From: an uncultured Bacteroides sp.
GTDB lineage: Bacteria > Bacteroidota > Bacteroidia > Bacteroidales > Bacteroidaceae
Length of the DNA: 64,000 bases
NCBI GenBank assembly: GCA_947038155.1
Contig: CAMQVH010000013.1
Coordinates: 317 to 64,316, forward strand
Direction: 5' to 3'
The notes beneath the pieces were generated by a model. The model was not told the DNA's origin. It worked only from the letters and a program-made list of their open reading frames with translations, and ran no database searches. The position numbers and the translations under genes were made by a program. Positions 40,796 through 50,468 of this stretch are shown piece after piece. Every line of letters starts with the position of its first letter. The first letter of the stretch is position 1.

Positions 40796-42745
40796 ATGAA
40801 GATAAACTATATTCTTTTTCTACTGATGGCAGCCTTTTGTTATCCTTCGATAACAGTCGCCAAAATAATTGAAGCCAGTTCGCCGGACAAGAAAAATGTG
40901 ATAACTATCGAGACTGACAATCAGGTCAGTTACAGCTTATCCCGGAATGGAACAAAGATTCTTGATACTTGCCCGCTCTCACTTACAGTCGGAAACGACA
41001 CTTGGGGAACAGACAAATGTAGAAAGATAACTCGTAAGAGCGTTTCGGAAAAAGTAGAATTTATTGTACCGCGTAAATATAAAGAGACAGTGGATAATTA
41101 TAATCAGGTTGAGCTTATTTACAAAGACTATAAGATCGAATTCAGAATCTATAATGACGGAGTGGCCTATCGTTTCGTAAGTACTGCAAACAATAAACAG
41201 CCTGTAAAGATAGAGTCGGTATCTTTCCGCTTCGGACAGGATCACACCTCGTACACTCTTTTAACCGACCAGCTACAAAACTGGTTTGAGCAGGATTATA
41301 CGGTAAAGCCGATCAATGCATTACCCAAAGACAGTTTCTCCGTAGCTCCTGTAATGGTTGAAGTAGACAAATACAAAGTATTATTAGCAGAAGCCAATCT
41401 CTATAATTATCCGGGAATGTACTTACAACCCGCCCAAGAATCCTTCCATGGCATTTTTGTCAATTATCCGGATAAGGAAGTGCCATACGAAGGGGATAAT
41501 AAAATCTATGCCTCCACACGCAAAGATTATCTTATTCCCACCTGCGGGAAACGGGTCTTTCCATGGCGAGTAATCGGTACTTTCGACAATGCCTCTTCCA
41601 TATTACAAAGCGAGCTTATATATTTACTCTCCGAAGAGAAAGAACAAGCCGCCGACTATACATGGGTTAAACCTGGTAAAGTATTATGGGACTGGTGGAA
41701 TGACCGTAATATCTATCATATAAATTTCAAAAGCGGCATTAACACCGATACATATCTATATCTGGTAGACTATGCAGCCAAACATCACATCGAATATGTC
41801 CTGATTGACGAAGGCTGGTCAGCACGTAACGATCTGTTAACCCTCAATCCCGATGTTGACATTCCGCGTATCTGTGAATATGCAACAGAAAAAGGAGTAG
41901 GTATCCAGTTATGGTCAAAATGGGTGAACATCATGCGACAAATGGATGAGGCTTTTGCACAATTCAGCAAATGGGGAGTGAAGGGAGTCAAAATAGATTT
42001 TATGGACCGTAATGATGCAAAAATGGTTAACTTCTACGAACAAGTAGCGGTTAAAGCCACTCAATACAAATTATTAGTAGACTTTCATGGTTCTTACCCC
42101 AACGAAGGCATGAGGCGCAAATATCCGAATTTGATGACACGCGAAGGAGTAATAGGACTGGAGTATAACAAATGGAGCAAAAGAGCCACGGTTACACATG
42201 ATGTAATCATCCCTTATCTCCGTATGTGGGTAGGACCAATGGACTATACTCCCGGAGCTATGCTTAACGCACATCCGGAAACATTCTATGAAAATCAACA
42301 TGAACCGATGAGTCAGGGCACACGTAGCCACCAATTAGCAATGTATGTAGTCTACGAAAGCCCGTTGCAAATGATTTCGGACAGTCCGACTAAATATGAC
42401 GAGAATCCCCAGAGCTTTGAATTTATCAAATGCATACCTACAACCTGGGATGAAACAGTTCCTTTAGAAGGAGAAGTGGGCGAATATATCGCTCTCGCAC
42501 GCCGACATGGCAATACATGGTACATCGGAGTAATAAACGGAAATACTCCACGGCATATTGAAATTGATTTATCATTCATAGGAAATGGCCTGAAGAAGAT
42601 AAAAGCGCATATAGACGGAGTAAATGCCAGTCAACAAGCAAAAGACTCACAAATAATAGAACAAATTATCAAGAATAATGAGAAACTACTCATAAATATG
42701 AGTAGAGGAGGAGGATATACAGGTATTATTCATATAGAGAAGTAA
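40796..42745 (+). CDS. GH97 glycoside hydrolase (retaining-type signature)
   Basis: FRIYNDGVAYRF, WVKPGK..WDWW, DEGW, GVKIDF, REGVIGLE, GPMDYTPG, PTTWDET. Confidence 0.93.
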   Translation: MKINYILFLLMAAFCYPSITVAKIIEASSPDKKNVITIETDNQVSYSLSRNGTKILDTCPLSLTVGNDTWGTDKCRKITRKSVSEKVEFIVPRKYKETVDNYNQVELIYKDYKIEFRIYNDGVAYRFVSTANNKQPVKIESVSFRFGQDHTSYTLLTDQLQNWFEQDYTVKPINALPKDSFSVAPVMVEVDKYKVLLAEANLYNYPGMYLQPAQESFHGIFVNYPDKEVPYEGDNKIYASTRKDYLIPTCGKRVFPWRVIGTFDNASSILQSELIYLLSEEKEQAADYTWVKPGKVLWDWWNDRNIYHINFKSGINTDTYLYLVDYAAKHHIEYVLIDEGWSARNDLLTLNPDVDIPRICEYATEKGVGIQLWSKWVNIMRQMDEAFAQFSKWGVKGVKIDFMDRNDAKMVNFYEQVAVKATQYKLLVDFHGSYPNEGMRRKYPNLMTREGVIGLEYNKWSKRATVTHDVIIPYLRMWVGPMDYTPGAMLNAHPETFYENQHEPMSQGTRSHQLAMYVVYESPLQMISDSPTKYDENPQSFEFIKCIPTTWDETVPLEGEVGEYIALARRHGNTWYIGVINGNTPRHIEIDLSFIGNGLKKIKAHIDGVNASQQAKDSQIIEQIIKNNEKLLINMSRGGGYTGIIHIEK

Positions 42746-42764
42746 CATTTTACAGTTACTCAAC

Positions 42765-42803
42765 AAGGCAGGCTGTCTCAAGCAAAAGAGACAGCCTGCC
42801 TTT
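42765..42803. terminator. Bidirectional intrinsic terminator between convergent GH97 and phosphatase genes
   Basis: Perfect 15-bp stem AAGGCAGGCTGTCTC / GAGACAGCCTGCCTT with an 8-nt loop. Confidence 0.85.
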
Positions 42804-42821
42804 ATCTTACTCTCAATCGTT

Positions 42822-44657
42822 TCAGACTGTAATATCCAGCAAAATCTCTCCTTTTACGTTCAGGACTTTAATCTTCAAGTCATTTTTCTTCTTTTCCAGA
42901 ATCATCACCGTAGCGCCATCCATCTTATACCCGCCACCGATAACAACCGGATAATTATTGCCTAACTCACCTTTCGGATGAAAAGCATATTTATGAGTAT
43001 GTGCATTCAAGCTAACATTGAAAGGTGCCTTCTCTAATAAATTAGTCCACAAGTCGGCACAGAGATTCACTCCATCATTGCCATAAAGTGGAATATGGTG
43101 AATAAGAATACGTTTCTTGGCTTTTTTGAATTCTTTGGCAGAAAGTTCTTTTTTCAGAAAATCCACTTGTTCATTACGCAGTTGGGTAAAATCATTCAAG
43201 CCATAATATACCCAGTGGGAGTCTAGTTTGTCTTCCCCGCAATCCAACATGACAATACGGGTATCCCCCCAGTTGAAAGAACCGTAAGTCTTGTCTCCTA
43301 CATAGTCGTAATGATCGCGCAAACCAATAGAATATGCATTGCGGATTTCGTGATTACCACGCATAAAGAAAGTCGGTATACGGTCGCCATGAACACCTTC
43401 CGTCAGTTCGCTGATAAAAGCAGTCGCTTGATTATGATCGACAGGATCGTCTACACAGTCACCGTTGAAAACAACGAAGTCATAATCCACATTCTGTATT
43501 TGTTTGCACAGGGCACGGAAAGTTTTGGTATGCTGATGCAGGTCATTAAAAACAACGGCAGTAAAAGAATCCGTATCCGTTGCCGGAAGCGTGAACTCAC
43601 TGAAAGACGACTGTGCCGTATTGCCGAACACCTTTTTATATGCCTGGTAAAGCAGCATTTCCTGTGAGCATACACGATAATAATACTTCTGACCGGGTTG
43701 CAAACCGTCTATACGTATTTTGTGCAAGTAGTTATTGCAAACCACCTGTCCGTCTACGATTGTACGCGCACGTTTCAGTTGAGTAGTGTCCGTTCCATAT
43801 TCTACCCAGCAATATGCAGGGACGGTAGTTTCCCACATCACTGTAATGCCATTGCCTACCGGATTCTGCAAATAAGGTTTCGTGCGGAATATTTTATTTG
43901 CTTTTTCGGCGGTTCGGAGTTCTACTAATATAGGACGGTGGTCGGAAGCCACAGGCTCATTCAATACCCGGGCAGATATAAGAGCGAAACCGTTTGCATT
44001 GGATTTTAATGCCGCAATATAATCTATCGTTTCCTTAGGCTCTGGAGCCGGATAAGTATGCTGTTTGGGATTGGAAAGTAACTGAAAATCCTTTTGCAGT
44101 TCTTTAATAAAGTCGGATTCCGGTTCGGCATTCATGTCTCCTGCCAGAAAAAGAGGCTTTTTATAAGGAGTAGTAAACGATTTCACAATCTTCAATGATT
44201 CCATTCGATCTTCTTCTGTCAGCGACATATGAGTGCAACAGTAAATGTAATCTTCAAATTCTGCGAGAACCAGGGCACGCTCTTCTTCTCTTCCCGGTAA
44301 AGGGATAGTTTGCAGGCGTACCGGAACTTGTCTGGTCAGTAATCCGATTCCGTATTTTCCACCATCAAAATCAATGGCAGGTGCAAAGTAGGCATGCATT
44401 TGTGTGCGCCCGGCAATTTCTCCCAACACATACTTCTGTCCGCTCCGCTTCGTCATGCTGTCCACTTCCTGTATAGCCACCACATCGGGAGAAGCGTTGT
44501 TTATCACATTCGCTATACGCTGGAAATTACAGACATCATCCATGCCGTTTGCATTCTTGATATTGTAGGTCATCAATTTTAACGTGTTCTGAGCCTGTGC
44601 TGAAAAAACAAATAGAATAGCAATAATTAATAAAAGATTCTTTTTCATGTTTCTCAT
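42822..44657 (-). CDS. Secreted EEP (endonuclease/exonuclease/phosphatase) plus purple-acid-phosphatase-like metallophosphoesterase fusion
   Basis: TYNI, QEVD, AGDMN, IDYI, SDHRP; then an Fn3-like region, NDLH, NGDCVD, RGNHE and AHTH. Confidence 0.88.
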   Translation of the reverse strand: MRNMKKNLLLIIAILFVFSAQAQNTLKLMTYNIKNANGMDDVCNFQRIANVINNASPDVVAIQEVDSMTKRSGQKYVLGEIAGRTQMHAYFAPAIDFDGGKYGIGLLTRQVPVRLQTIPLPGREEERALVLAEFEDYIYCCTHMSLTEEDRMESLKIVKSFTTPYKKPLFLAGDMNAEPESDFIKELQKDFQLLSNPKQHTYPAPEPKETIDYIAALKSNANGFALISARVLNEPVASDHRPILVELRTAEKANKIFRTKPYLQNPVGNGITVMWETTVPAYCWVEYGTDTTQLKRARTIVDGQVVCNNYLHKIRIDGLQPGQKYYYRVCSQEMLLYQAYKKVFGNTAQSSFSEFTLPATDTDSFTAVVFNDLHQHTKTFRALCKQIQNVDYDFVVFNGDCVDDPVDHNQATAFISELTEGVHGDRIPTFFMRGNHEIRNAYSIGLRDHYDYVGDKTYGSFNWGDTRIVMLDCGEDKLDSHWVYYGLNDFTQLRNEQVDFLKKELSAKEFKKAKKRILIHHIPLYGNDGVNLCADLWTNLLEKAPFNVSLNAHTHKYAFHPKGELGNNYPVVIGGGYKMDGATVMILEKKKNDLKIKVLNVKGEILLDITV

Positions 44658-44682
44658 TTTTTGGGGTTCATGTTAAGCGGCT

Positions 44683-44932
44683 CAAAGGTAGTGAAAAAAC
44701 AAAAAGCTGCAAAGATCAAACAAAGATGTATGGAACAAACAATACGGATATAATAAAATACACAGTACGATGTTGGTTACTAATTCAAATAAAGCACCTT
44801 TCGTTGGAGAAAGTTTAGAAAAGTTCCAAGTAAAATAATTCAAAGAAACGTCTTCTTTAAGGGAAAAAGGAAAAACAGGCAAAAACGATACACTCATAAA
44901 GTTTGTCGTTTTTGCTTTTTTAGGTACTTTTG
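44683..44932. promoter_or_regulatory. Divergent sigma-A promoters for the phosphatase and NUDIX genes
   Basis: Minus: TTTG (44713-44710), 19 bp, TACCTTTG (44690-44683). Plus: TTTG (44902-44905), 19 bp, TACTTTTG (44925-44932). Confidence 0.7.
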
Positions 44933-44971
44933 TAATCGAAAAGAACCAAATGCAGTATCTGCAAAAGAATT

Positions 44972-45496
44972 ATGAAACATCCTCTCGACCAATTCCAATA
45001 TTGCCCCGAATGTGGTTCCTCACATTTCGAGGTCAACAATGAAAAATCCAAGAAATGTGCCGATTGCGGCTTTGTCTATTATTTCAACCCGTCCGCCGCT
45101 ACCGTGGCGCTGATTCTGAATGAAAAGAACGAGTTGCTAGTCTGCCGACGCGCCAAAGAGCCCGCCAAAGGTACGCTCGACCTTCCCGGCGGCTTTATCG
45201 ACATGGACGAAACAGGAGAAGAAGGCGTAGCCCGCGAAGTATTGGAAGAAACCGGATTGAAAGTGAAGCAAGCCATTTACCAATTCTCACTTCCCAATAT
45301 TTACATCTACTCCGGGTTTCCCGTACACACGCTTGATATGTTCTTTCTTTGCACCGTAGAAGATATGAGCCATTTCTCGGCAATGGATGATGTGGCGGAT
45401 TCCTTCTTCCTGCCTTTATCGGAGATACGTCCGGAAGATTTCGGGTTGGACTCCGTCCGGCGGGGACTTATACGGTTTCTGAGCCAGCATAACTAA
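44972..45496 (+). CDS. NUDIX hydrolase with N-terminal zinc ribbon
   Basis: YCPECGS...CADCG; NUDIX box PGGFIDMDETGEEGVAREVLEETGL. Confidence 0.92.
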   Translation: MKHPLDQFQYCPECGSSHFEVNNEKSKKCADCGFVYYFNPSAATVALILNEKNELLVCRRAKEPAKGTLDLPGGFIDMDETGEEGVAREVLEETGLKVKQAIYQFSLPNIYIYSGFPVHTLDMFFLCTVEDMSHFSAMDDVADSFFLPLSEIRPEDFGLDSVRRGLIRFLSQHN

Positions 45497-45590
45497 CCGG
45501 AGACTTCATTAAACTTTCGGCATGCAAATTGCGTTCTAAGCGGAAAAGGGTGTATCTTTGTAGCATTAGAATTCTAAATCTATCCTGGTC

Positions 45591-46602
45591 ATGAGCAAGA
45601 TTTACCCCATCGGAATACAGAACTTTGATAAGATTCGCAGAGACGGATATTTCTACATCGACAAAACTGCCTTAGTCTATCAAATGGTAAAGACAGGCAG
45701 CTACTTCTTCCTAAACCGCCCGCGCCGCTTTGGGAAAAGTTTGTTGGTGTCTACGCTCGAAGCCTACTTTGAAGGTAAGCGCGAACTCTTTGAGGGACAG
45801 AAGTATGCCGTGAATTAAGGACGTGTTACGATGGGTATCATTTCGTAGAAAATTCTGTCGGTATATATAATCCGTTCAGCGTGCTTAATACATTCTTCAA
45901 AATGAAGTTCGGTAGTTACTGGTTTGAAACCGGAACACCTACTTATCTGGTGGAATTATTAAAAGCCCATCACTATGACCTGCACTGTATGGCGCATGTA
46001 GAAACCGATGCGGACATACTGAACAGTGTCGATTCGGCTTCGACCAATCCTATTCCTGTGATTTATCAAAGTGGATATCTCACTATAAAGAAATTTGACC
46101 AGGAATTTGCTACTTATCAGTTAGGCTTTCCCAATCGCGAGGTAGAAGAAGGGTTTATGAAATTTCTGTTGCCTTTCTATGCAAATACAGATAAGGTTGA
46201 ATCACCTTTTCAGATTCAGAAATTCGTTCGTGAAGTACGCAGTGGCGATTATGAATCTTTCTTCCACCGCTTGCAAAGTTTCTTTGCCGATACACCCTAT
46301 GAGTTAATACGCGACCTGGAACTACATTATCAGAATGACTGTTCATCGTTTTCAAGCTTATCGGCTTCTATGTAAAGGCAGAGTACCACACATCGCAAGG
46401 TCGTATTGACCTCGTGTTGCAAACAGATAAATTCATATATGTAATGGAATTTAAACTGGAAGGCAGTGCCGAGGAAGCTCTCAGACAAATAAACGAAAAG
46501 AATTATGCGCAGCCTTTTGCAGCCGACCCTCGTAGGCTATTCAAGATAGGGATTAACTTCGGCAGTCGGACAAGGAATATTGAGAGGTGGATTGTAGAAT
46601 AA
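45591..46602 (+). pseudogene. AAA-ATPase-like plus PD-(D/E)XK nuclease (DUF1703-type) pseudogene
   Basis: N-terminus YPIGIQNF..RPRRFGKS. A large internal deletion at about 45797 jumps to YDGYHF..IYNPFS..YWFETGTP. A 1-bp frameshift near 46337 precedes GRIDL..MEFK. Split into three ORFs in the track. Confidence 0.9.
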
Positions 46603-46629
46603 TACAAGAGCCGGGAAAGTGAAGTACCC

Positions 46630-46986
46630 TTTCAGCCTTCAGCTTCTCAAAAAGCTGCAAAATCAATAAATAAATTAAACACATACATCTATCCTGATAT
46701 ATGTCTACATAACCCACATATTGGACATATAGATTCACCGTGCTGTATATATATTGCCACCGTGCTGTACATATATAGCCACCACAATGGATATATATAC
46801 CCACTAAACAGCTTGATGTCTGCGCCGTGCATGCATATATTCTATCCCCCAGCCCATACCTCTTCGAGCACCCGGCATATCGAATTCTCCCCACGGTTCA
46901 GAGATTCTGTTCTCATGGATTGACACCTTTGTTCCCGCACATCAAAGCCTCTAATCTATAATTACAGAAGAAACTGAAAGCTGAAA
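46630..46986. repeat. 357-bp non-coding segment bounded by imperfect 18-bp inverted repeats
   Basis: TTTCAGCCTTCAGCTTCT (46630-46647) versus AGAAACTGAAAGCTGAAA (46969-46986), 16/18 complementary. Confidence 0.5.
46713..46804. repeat. Degenerate 22-bp tandem array (CCACCGTGCTGTAyATATATAg-like)
   Basis: CAC anchors at 46715, 46736, 46758, 46780 and 46802. Units: TCACCGTGCTGTATATATATTG / CCACCGTGCTGTACATATATAG / CCACCACAATGGATATATATAC. Confidence 0.75.
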
Positions 46987-47191
46987 ACAGAGAAGTTGAT
47001 GAAAAGTTGGGTTTAGCCCAAAACCTATTAAAAAGACCATTTAAGACCAAAGCACACAATCAGTCCATAATCTTAAATAATTATATTACACCACTCAAAA
47101 TGAGAAGAATAGCAAGACTTTCATTATCTTTGTAATCGTCATTAGTTTAATGGCCATCAAATTAACCGCCATTAAGAATAAAGCCTGTAGT

Positions 47192-47407
47192 ATGCAATTT
47201 TATGACCGAAAGACAGAAATAGCGATAGCCCTGACAGCCCTCAACCGATTCAACAAAACCGCCCTAATCGGAGAGGTAAAAAGAAACCCCATAAGAACAA
47301 GCATCTCCGTGTTGGGAAACGTGTTGGAAAAGAAGAGCGAAACTTTACATAAAGAATTAAATGATTATAAAATAACTTTCAAAGGATTGTCTTTGGAAGA
47401 TATGTAG
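47192..47407 (+). pseudogene. Internally deleted remnant of an archaeal-type ATPase/DUF234-like nuclease gene
   Basis: MQFYDRKTEI (typical N-terminus) is joined directly to a C-terminal nuclease-like tail I.L.ALN..NKTALIGEVKRN...GLSLEDM; TATCTTTG box at 47125. Confidence 0.65.
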
Positions 47408-47430
47408 TACTTTTGCATAAATACCCGATT

Positions 47431-50400
47431 ATGAAAAAAGAAATTATCAGACTCATTTGCGCGGCTATCTGCAGCGCACCCATTATAGGACTTGCCCAGA
47501 CAGGTGATAAGTTCACCTCGACTGACAACCTTTATAAAGAGGGAAAAGAACTTTTCCTGGAAAAGAATTACGCTGCCGCCCTGCCGGCACTAAAGGCATT
47601 TATAAAACAAAAGCCAACAGCCAGCCTGCTTCAGGATGCGGAGTATATGCTGGTCAGTTCGGCATACGAGTTAAATGACAAGAACCGTATCGAATTGCTC
47701 CGCAAATATCTCGACCGCTATCCCGATACGCCTTACGCCAATCGAATTTATTCACTGTTGGCTTCCTGCTATTTCTACGAAGGAAAGTACAATGAAGCGA
47801 TGGCGCTCTTCAATTCTACCGACCTCGACTTGCTCAGCAGCGAAGAACGTGACGACCGCACCTATCAATTGGCTACCTGCTATCTGAAAACGAACAACCT
47901 GAGAGAAGCAGCCATCTGGTTTGAGACTCTCCGCGCCAACAGCCCCAAATATGCAAAAGATTGCGATTACTACGTTTCTTATATCCGCTACACACAGAAA
48001 CGCTATAACGAAGCGCTGAAAGGTTTCCTGCCGCTACAAAACGATTCGAAATACAAAGCACTCGTACCTTATTATATCGCTGAAATCTATGCACAGCTCA
48101 AAAACTATGATAAGGCACAGATTGTGGCACAGAATTATCTGTCGGCTTATCCGGACAATGAACATGCAGCGGAAATGTACCGTATCCTCGGAGATGCTTA
48201 TTACCACTTCGGCCAATATCACAAAGCGGCAGAATCATTCAATGCATATTTGAATAAAGACCATTCGGCTCCCCGCCGGGATGCCCTCTATATGCTGGGA
48301 CTTTCTTACTATCAGACGAAAGTCTATTCAAAAGCAGCCGAGACACTCGGTAAAGTGACAACTACCAATGACGCGCTTACACAGAATGCCTACCTGCATA
48401 TGGGGCTCTCTTATCTGCAACTGGCAGAAAAGAACAAAGCCCGCATGGCTTTCGAACAGGCGGCAGCGTCCAACGCCAATATGCAAATCAAGGAGCAGGC
48501 AGCCTACAACTACGCTCTCTGCCTGCATGAGACTTCTTTCTCCGCCTTCGGTGAATCCGTTACCGCCTTCGAGAAGTTCCTGAACGAATTTCCGACTTCT
48601 CCTTATGCAGAGAAAGTCAGCAGCTATCTGGTGGAAGTTTACATGAATACCCGCAGCTACGATGCGGCTTTGAAATCAATAGACCGGATTGCCAAACCAA
48701 GCGCACAGATACTGGAAGCCAAGCAGAAGATACTGTTCCAATTAGGTACACAGTCCTTTGCGAACGCCGACTTCGAACAGGCTCTGAAATATCTGAACCA
48801 ATCCATTGCCATCGGGCAATACAACCGTCAGACCAAGGCAGATGCTTACTACTGGTGTGGAGAATCTTATTATCGCCTCAACCGGATGACGGAAGCAGCG
48901 CGTGACTTCAACGCCTATCTGCAACTGACCACCCAGCCCAATAACGAAATGTATGCGCTTGCCAATTATAACCTGGGATATATCGCTTTCCACCGGAAAG
49001 ACTATACGCAAGCAAACAACTACTTCCAAAAATACGTCCAACAGGAAAAAGGTGAAAACACAACGGCTTTAGCCGATGCATACAACCGTATCGGCGACTG
49101 CCGCTTGCATGTGCGCAACTTCGAGGAAGCCAAACATTATTATTCGCAAGCCGAACAGATGAATACTCCTTCCGGAGATTATTCTTTCTATCAACTGGCT
49201 CTTGTATCCGGCCTGCAGAGAGACTATACCGGCAAGATAACTTTGCTGAACCGCCTGGTGGGAAAATATCCCGCTTCTCCTTATGCCGTGAATGCGATTT
49301 ACGAAAAAGGGAGGTCTTATGTATTGATGGACAATAACAATCAGGCAATCACTTCCTTCAAGGAACTGCTGAACAAATACCCCGAAAGCCCGGTCAGCCG
49401 GAAAGCTGCGACGGAAATCGGACTGCTCTATTATCAGAAAGAGGATTACGACCAAGCTATCGGAGCCTACAAGCAGGTCATTGAGAAATATCCGGGTAGT
49501 GAAGAAGCCCGTCTGGCTATGCGTGATTTAAAGTCGATTTATGTGGACTTGAACCGTATAGACGAATTTGCGGCTTTGGCAAATGCCATGCCGGGACATA
49601 TCCGCTTTGACGCCAACGAACAGGATTCACTGACCTATGCCGCCGCTGAAAAGATTTATATGCGAGGACGGATGGAAGAAGCCAAGACAAGTCTCAACAA
49701 ATACTTGCAGACTTTCCCGGAAGGGGCTTTCAGCTTGAATGCACATTATTATCTTTGCCTGATTGGGAACGAGCAGAAAAACTATGATATGATTCTTCTC
49801 CACTCCGGCAAATTACTGGAATATCCGAACAATCCGTTTGCCGAAGAAGCCCTTATCCTGCGTGCCGAAGTGCAGTTCAACCAACAACAGACAGCAGAAG
49901 CACTGGCTAGTTATAAGATGCTGAAAGAGAAAGCAACTAACGTAGAACGTCGCCAGCTTGCTGAAACAGGGATACTCCGCTGCGCCTTCCTGTTGAGGGA
50001 TGATATTGAAACCATCCATGCTGCTACCGACTTATTGGCTGAACCTAAACTCAGCCCTGAACTGAGAAATGAAGCCCTTTATTATCGCGCCAAGGCTTAT
50101 GTCAAACAAAAGGCGGACAAGAAAGCAATGGACGACTTCCGCGAACTGGCAAAAGACACCCGTAATCCATACGGAGCGGAAGCAAAATATCTGGTTGCAC
50201 AGTCGCTGTATGACGCGAAAGAATATGCTGCCGCGGAAAAGGAACTGCTCAACTACATAGAACAAAGCACACCGCACGCCTATTGGCTGGCACGTAGTTT
50301 CGTCCTTTTGTCCGATGTATATGCTGCTACGGGTAAGGACCTTGACGCACGCCAGTATCTATTGAGTCTGCAACAGAATTACCAGGGCAACGATGATATA

Positions 50401-50448
50401 GAAAGTATGATTGAAAGCAGACTTGCTAAGTTGAAAGGTGAAAATTGA
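47431..50448 (+). CDS. Large periplasmic TPR-repeat protein
   Basis: Signal peptide from ATG 47431; many TPR motifs with YPxS turns; TACTTTTG promoter box at 47408. Confidence 0.88.
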   Translation: MKKEIIRLICAAICSAPIIGLAQTGDKFTSTDNLYKEGKELFLEKNYAAALPALKAFIKQKPTASLLQDAEYMLVSSAYELNDKNRIELLRKYLDRYPDTPYANRIYSLLASCYFYEGKYNEAMALFNSTDLDLLSSEERDDRTYQLATCYLKTNNLREAAIWFETLRANSPKYAKDCDYYVSYIRYTQKRYNEALKGFLPLQNDSKYKALVPYYIAEIYAQLKNYDKAQIVAQNYLSAYPDNEHAAEMYRILGDAYYHFGQYHKAAESFNAYLNKDHSAPRRDALYMLGLSYYQTKVYSKAAETLGKVTTTNDALTQNAYLHMGLSYLQLAEKNKARMAFEQAAASNANMQIKEQAAYNYALCLHETSFSAFGESVTAFEKFLNEFPTSPYAEKVSSYLVEVYMNTRSYDAALKSIDRIAKPSAQILEAKQKILFQLGTQSFANADFEQALKYLNQSIAIGQYNRQTKADAYYWCGESYYRLNRMTEAARDFNAYLQLTTQPNNEMYALANYNLGYIAFHRKDYTQANNYFQKYVQQEKGENTTALADAYNRIGDCRLHVRNFEEAKHYYSQAEQMNTPSGDYSFYQLALVSGLQRDYTGKITLLNRLVGKYPASPYAVNAIYEKGRSYVLMDNNNQAITSFKELLNKYPESPVSRKAATEIGLLYYQKEDYDQAIGAYKQVIEKYPGSEEARLAMRDLKSIYVDLNRIDEFAALANAMPGHIRFDANEQDSLTYAAAEKIYMRGRMEEAKTSLNKYLQTFPEGAFSLNAHYYLCLIGNEQKNYDMILLHSGKLLEYPNNPFAEEALILRAEVQFNQQQTAEALASYKMLKEKATNVERRQLAETGILRCAFLLRDDIETIHAATDLLAEPKLSPELRNEALYYRAKAYVKQKADKKAMDDFRELAKDTRNPYGAEAKYLVAQSLYDAKEYAAAEKELLNYIEQSTPHAYWLARSFVLLSDVYAATGKDLDARQYLLSLQQNYQGNDDIESMIESRLAKLKGEN

Positions 50449-50468
50449 GAATTAAAAAATAGAAAAGT

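Noticed and set aside
46553-46894. 113-aa minus-strand ORF across the second array
   Set aside because: Low-complexity Y/I/C translation of the repeat, with a non-ATG start; not a credible protein.
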